Below, piece by piece: positions 13,847-27,100 of a stretch of 64,000 nt of DNA. The stretch's first letter is position 1. Every line of letters begins with the position of its first letter. Under the pieces are notes generated by a model. The model was not told the DNA's origin, ran no database searches, and saw nothing but the letters and a program-made list of their open reading frames with translations. The stretch comes from Cycas panzhihuaensis (lineage: Eukaryota; Plantae; Cycadophyta). Both the position numbers and the translations under genes were made by a program. The DNA lies in assembly GCA_023213395.1 (NCBI GenBank), contig CM041465.1, positions 31,441,741 to 31,505,740 of the forward strand, read 5' to 3'.

Positions 13847-16800
13847 TATTAGAAAATAGAACCTACAATAAGATATTGGCAAACAGAATAGAATAGAATA
13901 AAAGCACCTCCACAGGATCAAACGGTACTCTTAAGGTACCTCCATTGTATTAACCAAACATCCTTACAACATATATGATATGATACACTATGTTATGTAT
14001 TTATAATACATGTCAATATAGAGAGAGTAAGACCCACTTACATGTGGGACAAAATAAATGTGCATTAATATTCTAACACTCCCCCTTAATATACATTTGA
14101 GTCATTTGCATTTGTAATGCCTTATCCTTAGAAATGTCTTGAAAATGATGTCTTTAACTTAATCCTTGTCTTTGATCTTGTAGTGATGTCTTTGCTGCAG
14201 AATGATATCTTCATCTTGATTTTCATCTTTAATTCTCTATTAATACCTTTGTAAGATGATATCCTCATCTTGATTTCCATCTTCAATTCTGTAGTGACAA
14301 TGTTGATGTAGCTACTTTAGCAAATGTAAATCTTGATTCTTTATTACGACTGGTCTAGTCTAATTGTGATGAAGATCCTGTAAGTAACCATCTTCATATA
14401 TAACTTGCTTGTCATCATTATCTTGTATAATTTCTTGATCACCATGTACAACAATGATTTCTTCAACCTTAGGAGTGGAGTCTTAATCAACTTACATACT
14501 CTTTGAACTTGAATCAATGCTCAAAGAAGGAACATCATTCAAACTTGAATCAATACTTAAAGTAGGAATATCATCAATATAGGACTCATCCTTTATAGGA
14601 CCATCAGATTCATATCCAATTTCTCTTGAAATCATGGTGTCATCTATATAAACCTTTATCAACTCACCACTTTCAATGTCTTCATCAGTAATTATGGTCT
14701 CATCAATGCATTTAACCATTGTTTCTTTACATTCAGTAGAAATTTCCTTAGTACTCATACATTCCTCATCTTGACATGTCATTTCATCAGTGTTGATGAT
14801 ATTTTCTTCATTCATTGTACTTGTACCATAACCATAATTGGCCTTAATTGCCTTTTCAATCATTCGTTGTGTCTCTTTAGGAGTTTGTTCAAATCCTTCC
14901 TTTAGAAAATCCCAAGCTTCTTTAGCAATACTTGCATGTAGAACCATAGGAATCACAAAATGGTATTCAGAAGGAAGATCAGCCTTGTTGAATGCAGCAT
15001 GAATCATAATTAATGTTGTTCTATCTTTCTTCTCAAGTATTTCCTTTTCGTCTTCATCCTTAGGGATATCATATCTATCAGTAATAATCTTCCATAAACC
15101 TCTAGCTATGAATAAACATCTCATTTTAATTATCCAAAAGAAGTAGTTTTCACCATAATACTTAGGTACTGGAAGAAACAAATCCATTAGGTAGTATTTA
15201 TTCATTTGTTTCAGGAACAAACATAACCACATAATTATCATCCATGATTGTAAATGCCATTTCCACACACCACGTCCCTTTTCAATCAATTAACTCACCT
15301 ATTAATCAATCTCATCAAACTTTTTCATATCTTATGTCTCTCACATCATTGACTTTATCATCACATCATTGCCTTATGTATCTCCCATATTATCAAATAG
15401 TCATATACAACAAGTATCTAAAACTCTTATCAAGTCAATGCCTAAGCCACATACATCCCATGGGAATCATGCTAAAAAACACAACTCATGCCACTACACT
15501 TACACTTCAGGTAACTTCAACAAACAACTCATCCTTCTTTGCATTCAGTTAATTAACAAAGCAACTCTAATTTCGTCCTTAACATGCCCCAACAAATGTC
15601 CAATCTTGTCATGTAACCTCACATGTTATAATTGCCTTATATCACTAAATCATCACCTCACTCGTTCCCTCATGTAAACACATACAAGAGAAACAATAGA
15701 CATCTCTTCGTAAAACACCTCATATTACGTCATTACCAAATTTATTCTTCCATGTAGATTACATACTAGAGAGCAATGTAAAGCCTCAAACTTCATCTCA
15801 TGTCAACACATCAAACCAAGACCTTACTTCAAAAAATTACTCACTCATATCGCCATAAAGCCATAACTGTAAGGACTCCACTATCAACTCAATGCCAAAG
15901 ATTGCTTCCTTGTAACAATAACTCGCTTTCTTATCAATCATTACCTTGATCGCAATGCCTTCTTATTACCCTTCTCTTGCCCTTATCATGCCCTCAATTT
16001 TTCCTGTCGAATTGATTAAAGAATACACCATCAAAATATGTCAAATCTTGCCCTTAACATGTTCAACAAATGCCCAAACTTGAGATGTAATCCTAATAGC
16101 TTTTAATTATTGCCTCTCAAGCATACCTTATGTTATTAAAGTACTCCCTCATATCACCCTATAATATTAGCATTACCCAACTTATTCTCTTATGTGCAAC
16201 ACACGTAAGGGAGCAAACAATCACCTCAAATCACTCACTAACATTGCCCCAACAAAATGTGCTCTCTTCATCTCAACTTATCATCATATCAAAACAAAGT
16301 CTCACAATATATTTACGCCACTTTCTCAGAAAATGATACACTTATATATTCATCACTATGTTGGTAAATAACATCCCATAATATCATATATCAATGCATG
16401 TCTCTCAAAGTGACTTGAAGGTACTTTATTGATGACAAAGATAAAAGGGCATCTTAAAACCAAAACCCTAAATCGATTAATAATAAATAAATAACCAATA
16501 AAACAACATTGGGCAGCTTCATATCAAATAAAGTGACTTGCATAAGTGACATTATAGCTCATCAAACGTCATTCAATATATGTCAAAATATATATCAAAG
16601 AAGATATTATGGATAGGTGACTGCAAGCATTCACTGTAACTGTGTATTCATATGGCAGATTATAAAATGCAAATTAATAGGGCACAAATATGGATGTATT
16701 CAGGCAAAAATAGTGACTATAAATGACAGTGTAAACATGAAACTGTGATGCAACGAATTTCACGAGACAATGGATAATGGATGACTTTAATCAAACAGCA

Positions 16801-18002
16801 GTTTAAACAATAAATCACGCAACAGGTGTTAATATCATGTAGATAGCTTGTTAATATCATGCAAAGTAATGGGCGTCTCAATGACATTATAAGGGACGAC
16901 ATCTGGTTGTAAAAGAATATCATGCAATCACCATTCATGCGAATACAAACTACAATGTAAATGTTAATTATGCGAGTGGTGATTTCATTACGTGGATATG
17001 GGCAACTGCAAATCTATATAACCAGGCGAGTTAGATGTACATTACGGATACAACTGGGCATAATATAAGACACAGATAATTACATGTCACATTAGCGAGT
17101 AGATAATAATCTATGGGAGAAGATATAAATCATATGAAATGTAAAGAGTGCCAAATATAATAATGGATGACTACAAATTATATACAGATGATATGAGACA
17201 AAAGAATGGATGCAATATTAACGAAGAGTTAAACAGAGGGTGAACAGTGAGTTAATGCCAACGGCTGATTAAATACGCAAACACCATTTTATGTAAGGTA
17301 AAGAATACAATACACAGGCTGAAATATTATTATTACACATCAATAATATAATAAATCTAACGGTCTATATGTGCAACCCCAAAAGGTGAAAATATTAATG
17401 GCATAAGTTCAGCACCAATTGTGGCATAAGCATGACCAGAGTATTTCAGCTGTTATAGTAGAGACATCGATAAAACTAGAAAATGAAGAATAACACATGA
17501 TGAAATAAGAGATAACGGATAGCAAATATCACACAAACAACAAGTATTTAGTAAATATATATTTGAATATAGCTTTAAAAATGATCATATTATGACTTCA
17601 CAATTCTACAACTAGGGTTTGCATTCTTCCAGAGCTCAACTGAGGGTTGATAATATCTCTAGGTCATACAAATGAAAACGGGCATGAACAACTCTATGAA
17701 GCCACCTCCTCAAAATACCTCTCTCAATTGGGCACTCATAACCTCTCTCAACCTGGGCACTTTGATACAATGTTGGAAAATAGAATGTGCAATAAAATAT
17801 TGGCAAATAGAATAGAATAGAACAAAAGCACCTCCACAAGATCGAATGGTACCCTTAAGGTACCTCCATTGTATTAACCAAACATCCTTATAACATATAT
17901 GATATTGTATACTATGTTGTGTATTTATAATATATATCAATATAGAGAGAGTAGGACCCACTTACATGTGGGACAAAACAAATATGCATTAATATTCTCA
18001 CA
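13847..18002 (-). mobile_element. Non-autonomous gag-only (TR-GAG-like) LTR element C, nested in the leader of B
   Basis: 232-bp LTRs at 13847-14078 and 17771-18002 (about 23 mismatches by manual count, mostly transitions), degenerate PBS at 17759-17770, PPT aagggggag at 14079-14087, no pol. Confidence 0.92.
14492..15245 (-). pseudogene. gag: Truncated copia Gag (DUF4219/UBN2-like N-terminus) with acidic tail
   Basis: PVPKYYGENYFFWIIKMRCLFIARGLWKII...AKEAWDFLK. The likely true start is near 15245 with a frameshift. Homologous to the D and H proteins. Confidence 0.8.
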
Positions 18003-18426
18003 TATTTTCCTTTCAATATAATCTTACCATTGATATTACATGTGACATTGTATAGTGAAGAAATTTGGTGTATTTGGAGCGTCCTTGACTCATTTTAAGC
18101 ACAAATTGAGGAGAATTTTGTGTTTTTTGACTTGGAGACCATGCATTACTACCCTACGGAGCCATCCTTTGTACTTGGAGCACTGTTTTAAGTGCTTTAA
18201 GGGTTATTTTTTGACCTTTTCTAAGGATATTTAAAGGTGTTTATTGGTTATTTAGAGGAAAAATAGTCAATGTCTTGCTTAACACATGCATAAACTGAGT
18301 TTAATGCCTTTTAGAGTGTGCCCTTAAGCTAAAGGAGGACATAGAGGTGTTGTTTTGTTCTGCAGACATTCTTTTTTGGTGTCATTTAATTCATATTGAA
18401 GCTTGTTTCTCGAGATGGAGCACATT

Positions 18427-21400
18427 ATGCCCAAGCTTATCTTCAATGGTAACAATTTCAGCGAGTAGAAGGCCAATATAGAGCTCATTCTGATGGTGAA
18501 TCAACTCTAGGGTATCACTAAGGCAAAGGTAGATGCGATTCCACTAGACCATATAGAACATATTTATCTCGAAGAGAAGAAATTTATGGTCATAGGACTA
18601 TTGAAATTGTCACTAATACCAGACCAGAGAGCTTTGGTTCATAATCTAAATGAACCAGACAAAACTATGTGATATGTTTGAGAAGAAGAAGATGAACATA
18701 CATCTTGCCATGATGTTGGAGTTGCTCAATTTGTGTGTGAAAGATGAGAATAACATCAACTCCTACTTTAATAAAATAACAAACTTGAACAACAAGCTAG
18801 AAGAACTAAAGTAGAACTCAATCGATGATGCCCTGTTATTCTTAATAATCATGTCAAAGTTGTCATCTATGTTCGCCACTTTCTAGACCATTTATGGTAG
18901 AGACAAAGTGATGGAAGTAGAAACATTTGACAGGCTTAAAAACCTAATTCTAGGGGAGGATGCCAAGCTTAAACATAATGGAATGTTTGGAGCTTCTAAT
19001 TCAAGTTAGGCCCTAGCCATAAAAACTCAGAGGAAGGAGGTTATTAACGAGCAGAAAATCACATAGAGGTTAGGAGAAAGTTCTCAAGACAAGAAGAAGT
19101 TCGATAGAAAATGCAATTACTACAAGAAGGATGATCACTATAAAAGGAATTGTTGGTTCAAGTGTCATGACAAGCACAAAGTTAACTAGGATGATAAAGG
19201 GAAGAGTGTTGCTGCTCATTGCATCATAGCACAGACCTTATCAGCCGAGTTAGATCAGAGAGATTATTAGGTGCTTGACTCTAAACTATAGAAGCATATA
19301 TCTTACCAAAGGTAGAACTTTGATACGATGACTGAAAATCATAGTGGTGTTGAAATTATCCTTGGAGATGCTTGTGTCTTATTAATGGAAGGTATCAGCA
19401 AAGTATTCATTGCAGGAGGTAAGTTTATTAGGGTATACTATATACTCAAGATGCAGTTGAACCTTCTTTTAGCCTAGGAAATATGTAAACAAGGCTTGAA
19501 GATGAATCTTTGTTGTTATTGCTACTAGGAAAGTCAGGGATACCTTTTGGATGTTTGAAAATTTTCAATCTCAGAAGAAGCCCTATGCTTTATTACCAGT
19601 GTAAATGAAGTAAGTAAATTATGGCACAATTCCCTAGGGCACCTTAATTATAAGATCATTACACTACTAAAGAGGTTGAAGATGGTGGAAGGATTGCCAT
19701 CAATTTCCTGCTCAAATGGCATTTGTGAAGGGTGTATGTATGGTAAGCATCGCTGCTGCCCTTTTGCTTAGGATAATGCCTAGAGAGCCAAGGAGAAGTT
19801 GGAGCTTGTGCACTCAGATATAATGGGAGCACTCCCTAATCCTTCTATATCAAGAGCTCAATATACCTTTGTGTTTATAGATGATTATACTAGGAAGTCA
19901 TGGGTCTACTTTTTCAAGAACAAATCAGATATGTTCGATCACTTATGGACTAGAAAGCAATGGTAGAAAATAAATATGATAAGAAAGTAAAATCTTTAAG
20001 AAGTGATAATAGTAAGGAATACGACAACCATGTGTTTAATCATTTCTACTATAATCACGGTATAAAGCAAAAATTTATGGTCCCATATACCCCATAACAA
20101 AACAAAGTTTCTGAAAGGAAAAACCATACCATGATGGAGATGTTAAGGTGTATGGTGCATGTTAAAAACCTACCACCGAAGTTTTGGATAGAAGTTGTAG
20201 TGACTGTTGTTTAGATTTTAAACCAAGTACCCATTCAAGCAATTCGTAGCATGACCCCCAAAGAGAAATGGACTAGTTGGAAGCCTATCCTTAGCTATTT
20301 AAGAACTTTTAGGTGTATTGCATATGGCCATATCTCATATAATACCTGTAAGAAGTTAGATTAGAAAAGTCTGAACTGCATATTCATGGGGTATTGCATT
20401 AAGAATAAAGCCTACAAATTATGGGATCCATAGGGGGAGAAGATTGTGGTTAGTTAGGATGTAAAATTTAATGAGTCATCAATGTATTATGTTGATAAAT
20501 CATCAAAGGAGCTTTTTACCCCCTCCTTCTCCTATTCCTAGATTCATCAAGCAAAGAGGACGATAAGCCAATCACTGGAACACCTGAGGAAGAAGGACCA
20601 AGTGGGATGAGTAATAGTGAGGAGTTTCCACAAGATGAAGTACCTCCAGTAATGGGTCCTCAACACCTTTATGGGCAAGGAAGATTCTTGAATATTTTGG
20701 TGTGGCAATGCATACCTTGACTAATGATAGAATAACAAGAAGTCAGTATGATAGTCGAACTATGATGGTAGACACTAACGACTCCAGTGAAGATTTATTC
20801 GATGAAGCGAAAGGAGCTTCATTTGACATGAAAGACCTCCAGAGACTTCACTACTTCTTAGGTATTCAAATTAGGTAAATAGATAATAGGATCATATTGT
20901 TGCAGTCACATTATATGAAGAACTTATAAGAGAAATTTAAAATGTAGAATTGTAAACTAGTTGCAACACCATATGTAAAAAGCACAAAGTTGCAAAAGGA
21001 TATGGCCAAACCCTTTGTAGATGGCATAAAATATTGCTAGTTAGTAGGGAGTCTAGTCTATTTGACTCATACTAGGCCAAATATCACATACGTTGTTTGA
21101 TTGGTTTCCCACTATATGCAGAATTCTCAAGAGCCTCATTTGGTTACAACAAAGCAAATTCTAAAGTATTTGAAAGGGACAATCAATCTTGGTCTCGAAT
21201 ACCATCGAGGTGAAGAGATAAGATTGTATGGCTACACAGATGTTGATTGGGGAGGAGACTCTAATGATAAGAAATCCATTATTGGATACTTATTTGATGT
21301 TGGTAATGTATTTATTTCATTGCAGTCAAAGAAGCAACAGATAGTAATGTTATCTTCTACAAAAGCTTAATATCAAAGACTTGGTGCTGGTGTAAAGGAA

Positions 21401-21690
21401 GTTGTATGGTTGCAAGGTCTCTTAGAGTTTCTTAGAGTTTCTAATGGACATCAAGTTATATTTATTGATAATCAAAGTACCATTCACATGTCGAAGAATC
21501 TAAAGTTTCATGCATGTATGAAGTATATCGAGATTCAACACCATTATATTTGTGAACAGATCAAGTCAGGAAAGCTACATATCAACTATTATCTGAGTGA
21601 ATTCTAGTTTGTAGATGTGTTCACCAAGCCACTCACTGAAGTTCAATTCACAAAGATGTGTACCAGACTAGGACTTACCAATATTATCCT
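18427..21690 (+). pseudogene. copia gag-pol pseudogene of element B
   Basis: ATG at 18427 (MPKLIFNGNNF), knuckle near 19110, integrase, RH fragments at 21101-21607. The N-terminal part of RT is deleted near 20815. Confidence 0.9.
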
Positions 21691-24123
21691 TGATGGGGGA
21701 TGTAGTGACAAGGATAAAGAAGCTGTAGGATAGTCCCAACCTTTGCGATAACATAGTTGTTGTAGTTGGAAATCTCTCCACATTCACATTAAGAGGGGAT
21801 GTTAACATGGTAGTTAATTATTAAGCCATTATGTTAATGTTAACGTGGTTTAACTAAGGTGATTGAGTAAAAAGATGCAACATATTCAGAGGGTCACAAC
21901 CCTAATCGGGTGATACCTCTTGGAAGAATATAAATGCCTTGAGTCCTTGAGTATTCAATGTATCAAATCAATTATACAATAATCAATGTGATCCATTAAG
22001 GATCCTTTTGTGGTGGATTTTTTCTTGAAAGGGTTTTCCCATATAAATCCTATATACTATACATTTGTTTTATGTGTGTACTCTTGTTTATTTGTTGTGT
22101 ATGGTTAAAGATTCTGTGGATGGGAATATTTGTATATGATTTGATATTCTTGAATAGTAACACTAAGTAATCATGCCACTAAGACAATGTTAAGACTTTA
22201 GAATAGTCCTAACACACTCTAAAAAAAGTGATTTTTGTATTAAAATAATGATTTTTAGTTCCTTTTTATGACTAAGACTAAGAAGCACCTCACATGGACC
22301 CTTAAAATTACTTACACAATGTGAATTTTTATGAAATAGTAAAAATGACAAGTTAAATCACTAACTTTTAAGCCAAACAACACACCTGTAATTTTTTTTA
22401 ATATTTTAATTAACTCAAAAAATTAAAGAAAGTGAAGTTTTAGCTTAGAAAATGATGAAATATCATTAAATCACTTTAAAAAAAGGAAAACTTTAAAAAA
22501 CCACCCTTATATTAGAAAGGGGATATACTCGAATATACTAAATGATATATCATAAGGTTTATTTTAAAACGATGAAAAAAGAAATTTTTAGTTGAAAATC
22601 AAAATCCTGGTGGTAGGCACAAATTCAAAGACATAAGTGGATCGTTCTTCTCACAGAGAGCTTTGTTTGTCACAAAATTTTAGAGGCAGCTTGGCGTGGG
22701 ATAAAGGAAGGCATGTCTTAATTTCTGTGTCATTTGATGAAGTGTGTGATGAAATCTTAGCAGAAGTTCATAGACGAAGGTCGCATGGCCAACACATGAT
22801 TAATTAGAAAATTGAGCACCAAAATGACTCTGAGTTTAGTGTTTCTCACTGGAACAAGGGTTGGAAAGGCCTAAGACACTTGTATAAAGCCTTAACATGT
22901 GGCTCAATAAATGCTATGAGAAAAAAAAAAAAAAGGGTAAAAAACACCCAAAAACCCATGAGAAATATACCCAACACTTGTGAAATCTAGCCAAGTGCAC
23001 TCTAAGAAAGATGAGCAAGTTTTGAGACTAACAAAGAAGAATCACACTAAATACCTATAGATTAACTGAGAAATCCTACAAAAATAATTTTTATTTATAA
23101 GAAAATAAAGAAAAATAATGTATTCTAAGTCTTTTCTCTATTACAGACACAAACCTACATAACAATACAAATACCTCAGTCTCTTATCATCATCTTATCC
23201 TACATGACAAATGGTCTCATTGTATAGAGAAAAAGGAGGAACCTTAGGAGGTTGCATGTTAAACACACACGCCTTGACCCATAAGCACTCACATGTGTAA
23301 AAGTGTATGAGGGATAGTTTAACACTCAAGTCATAACATTACATGACTAGAAAGAATGTGGGTGTGTGCTTTAGTACATTAGATGGTAAAGCACCCTTAC
23401 ATAAAGTACATAAAGTTACAATATAAAGTATAACACTTAACATTTAAATATAAAGGTCTAACAAGATAATCTATCAATATTTGTTTAGGTTCACTCTCAG
23501 AGACACATCGAAATAGAATATTGTCATGTGAGTGATAATATAACTCATCACCAAGTATACATCACTTCTCTTCCTTAGATAATTTTAATTTATATAATTA
23601 CTTCTATAAATAGGTGATGAGATCACCATGCTATGCAAAATCCATATCAAGTAAAATCCATATCATGTAAGAGAATGTATTCATTAGGAAAAGAATCATC
23701 TAAGAGTTGAATAATATCCTTTTCCAATATAGGCATATTGGTGATATGCTTAACAATAACCATCTCCTATTTTGTATTTATAAGATAAATTTCAAGGTGA
23801 AACTCCTACAAGAGAATAACCTATCTACTAGGTTGACTAAACAAATCTGGTTTAGTAAGTAGATACTTAAGGGGATTAGAACTCACCATTAACTTAGTGT
23901 GGGTGAATAGTAAGCAATATCATAATTTTTTAACTACATAAATAATTATGAGATCTTAACATTTGATTTTAGAACAATTTCACTCTAAGTTCATAAGAAT
24001 TTTACTGATATAGTAAATCTCACATTCTTTTATGAAATTATCAAATTATGCCAATATAGTTGAAACAAAATTTAAAGATGAAGCAATGCAATAGATAAAA
24101 TTTTGCTTAAAATAGGTGGTGAG

Positions 24124-27100
24124 TGTTAAAATAACTTAGTTCATGCTTCATAAGGCAAAGTGTAATGCATAATTATATAATTAAATTTATTATTATGTTG
24201 ATATTTTGTGGTGAGTCCCATGCATAGTCAAGTTGTGTATTATAAATACACACTTAATTTATCATATCATATAAAGTTGTGATATTATTCTAGTGTTAAT
24301 CAAAGGTACCTTAAGGGTACCATTGTGATCTTGGTGTATGTTTGTTTTTATTTATGCATTATTATTTTTTATCAATTTCATTTTTCTACATGGTATAAGA
24401 GCTATGATGAAAAGAAAAGTACATTGTTAGACCATCATTCTATAGGTTTATTAGTTGGTTGTTTGCCAATTGATCGTAGTATTTAAGGTGAAACCCTAAC
24501 CCTATTTAGAGAACATTCTTGGTGTCATTTATTTCTATTTGAGAATTCATTCAGGTTTATTTAGACGATTTGTTCAAAGTCATTTCATTCCATTATGATG
24601 CTCATTTTGGTTCAATTCATTGTTACTCTGAGTATATGTCTGTTTCATTGAAGAACTTTGTTCATGATCTATTTTGCTACTTGTGGTATTCATAACCCTA
24701 ACTGTGTGATAAGAGTTGACTATTTGAGCTCCATCATTTGTATGACTACCTCTATTGGCAATGGCAATATAAAAATTTAGGGTTCATCATTCATTGTGCC
24801 TATTAGCTCATCACCCCAACTACATGATCCTTCCTGGAGTCATTTAATTTCCCTAATCTACATTGATTGGCCATTGTAAATACCTATGAGATCATTATAA
24901 TACCTCTGGTTTTTAAGTATCCACTTTTATCATCCTTGATTATGCTTATTCTGCATCTTCTATGTGAAGCATTTATATGAATTAAAGAGCTATCATCGCT
25001 CGACCTACTCCAACCCCTTTGATATATCAATCCAAGTATAACCAACCACCCAGCTCCATGATTAATCCTAAGCACCTAGGTCACCTATTAAGAATTTGAT
25101 CAATTTGTAGTCAAATAGAATCATGCACGAGAAGTTTTTTTTTTGTTTTTACCTAGGGTATATATTTCCCTCAATAGTTTTTAAAAAATTAGTTAAATTA
25201 GATTATTTTATGGAATCCACTAGCCCCCTTACGACGTAGCCCCCTGGTCACTTGAGGAGTCCATATGACTAGCAGTTAAGTAGTGATGGGTGTTGAAATC
25301 CTAAACCTTCTTTTTTTTTTTCATAAAGGGCTACCTATGTATTTTCTTTAATATCTTAAGTTCTATGAGTCTAGTTTTCGAGAAATTAGAATCTTGACTT
25401 AGAGATGGTTGTTTTAGTATATGATTTAATATATTTTCATGTTGTTTTCATAGAGAAATTTTAGCCCAAAGTTGAGTCTTTATGTTAGATCCTTGTTTGG
25501 TGACCAAACGAATTTTCTTTTGTACCATCTACATCATCTTTTTGCCTATTTCTTAACCCTAAGGTAATTGAATTTTAAACCCTAGAATGCTATTGTAAAG
25601 GATACTTCTAAGAAATTTATTGTAATTTACATATTGAGTCTTATAAAGGGCTAAGAGGCAGAAGGTATTTCTAAAATTAAGGACAAGCTTATTATCATCA
25701 TGTTGGTATATCTATATGACTATGTAACCTATCTTGTGTGCATTTGAGATGAGTTTTTACACTCTTGGTTGTTCATTTGATTAGTAAAATGGCTTCATAT
25801 CAAATACTAATTGTTAAACCCAAATTTAATAAAAGGAACTATTTAGGGTGGTCTACAAGAATGTAATTTTCATTAACTGGTAGAAGTTTTTGGGATATCA
25901 TGTCAAATGGTTTCACTCTTTTAACTCTATAACTTGAAATGAAGAATGTTCTTGCAGTTGAATTTATTTATACAAATCTAAAGGAAGAAATATACCCTCA
26001 TCTTCTAAGTGGAATAATAACTAGGCAAACTTAGGATATTTTAGAAACAACTTATAAAGGTGAAATAAGAATAAGATTACAAACAACTAGAAGGAACTTT
26101 GAGAACCTTAGAGTGTGTGCTTCTAAATCAATCAATGATTTTATTACTAGAATTCAAGACCTACTGAATTAAATACAAGTTCTAAGGGAACAAGTCTTAG
26201 AACAAAATGTTGTAGAGAAATTTTTAAGGTGTGCAACCGAAATTAAGAAGTTTAAGAATATTATAATAACTATAGAATTCACTAAAAACTTGTCTACACT
26301 TACGATTGATCAACTGCTTGTCATGTTATTCATAGTAAAGGAAAGAAAGTAAAGTTCTAATGAGAATTTGGAGCAAATGTTTGTCTCGATAGCACGCTTA
26401 AAGGAGAGATTTAGGAGACTCAATCCTCAAAATTTTCAAGCTTAAAGTTCTAGAAATGCTAGAAATTCTGAAAGATCTCATAGAAGAAGCCCCATGAGAG
26501 GAAGAGAAAATAACAAATCTCTTACACCTCAAGGAAGAGGTAGAGGAAGAGGTTTTTTGATAACTTACTATAATTGTGAAATCCATGGACAATATTCAAA
26601 TGAGTATTATGGTAAAAGGAATAATTCAATGAATACACTACAAAGACAACTATAGAGAGGTTGAGGAATGAGAATCTATTCTATATTAGTTTGAGTATTT
26701 AAACAAAGAATAATATATGGTATATAGATTTTGGATGTTCTACTCACATGTCTTACAATACTGACTTATTTTAAAAAATTAAAAAAGATGACAAGAAAAT
26801 GACAATAACCTTTAGAGACAATAATATTCAAGATGTCTAAGTGTAAAGAGTGGTGATACTTCAAATAGATTCAAGTGAAACCAAAAATATTTATAATGTA
26901 TTATTTGTTCCCAGTTTGAAGAAGAATTTATTATCTATTGGTCAAATGATGGAATAGAAGTATAGAGTTATCTTTGATAATGGTGAATATGAGATTAGAG
27001 ATAAGGTGAGAAATTACATATTGGTTGCCAAAGATGAAATGATAGAAGATATATTATTTAAGTTGGTCCTTTGTCCTTAAATTTATTCATTTAGTTCTTC

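Larger units (their letters stand above)
12397..22156 (+). mobile_element. Ty1/copia element B (LTR pair intact, RT partly deleted)
   Basis: 357-bp LTRs at 12397-12753 and 21800-22156, TSD GTAAC (12392-12396 and 22157-22161), PBS tggtatcaga at 12754, PPT aagagggga at 21791-21799. Confidence 0.95.
7010..23463 (-). mobile_element. Degenerate Ty1/copia element A, host of the nested elements B and C
   Basis: PPT (reverse complement of cccctccccctt, about 7498-7510), RH/RT/INT/PR/gag remnants at 7520-11650, related LTRs at about 7010-7497 and about 22979-23463 (clearly similar over their right ~300 bp). No TSD found. Confidence 0.75.

Noticed and set aside
15244-17560. A decayed, ordinary PPR gene
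   Set aside because: The motif pieces are out of order with no 31-36 aa periodicity, and the region lies inside an LTR element leader.
22919-22934. Poly-A run, and poly-T near 30278, as LINE or retrocopy tails
   Set aside because: No associated LINE ORF or TSD recognised.
22600-22960. Snippet array in the element A leader
   Set aside because: No convincing PPR or LRR pieces seen, so the array is not universal among elements here.
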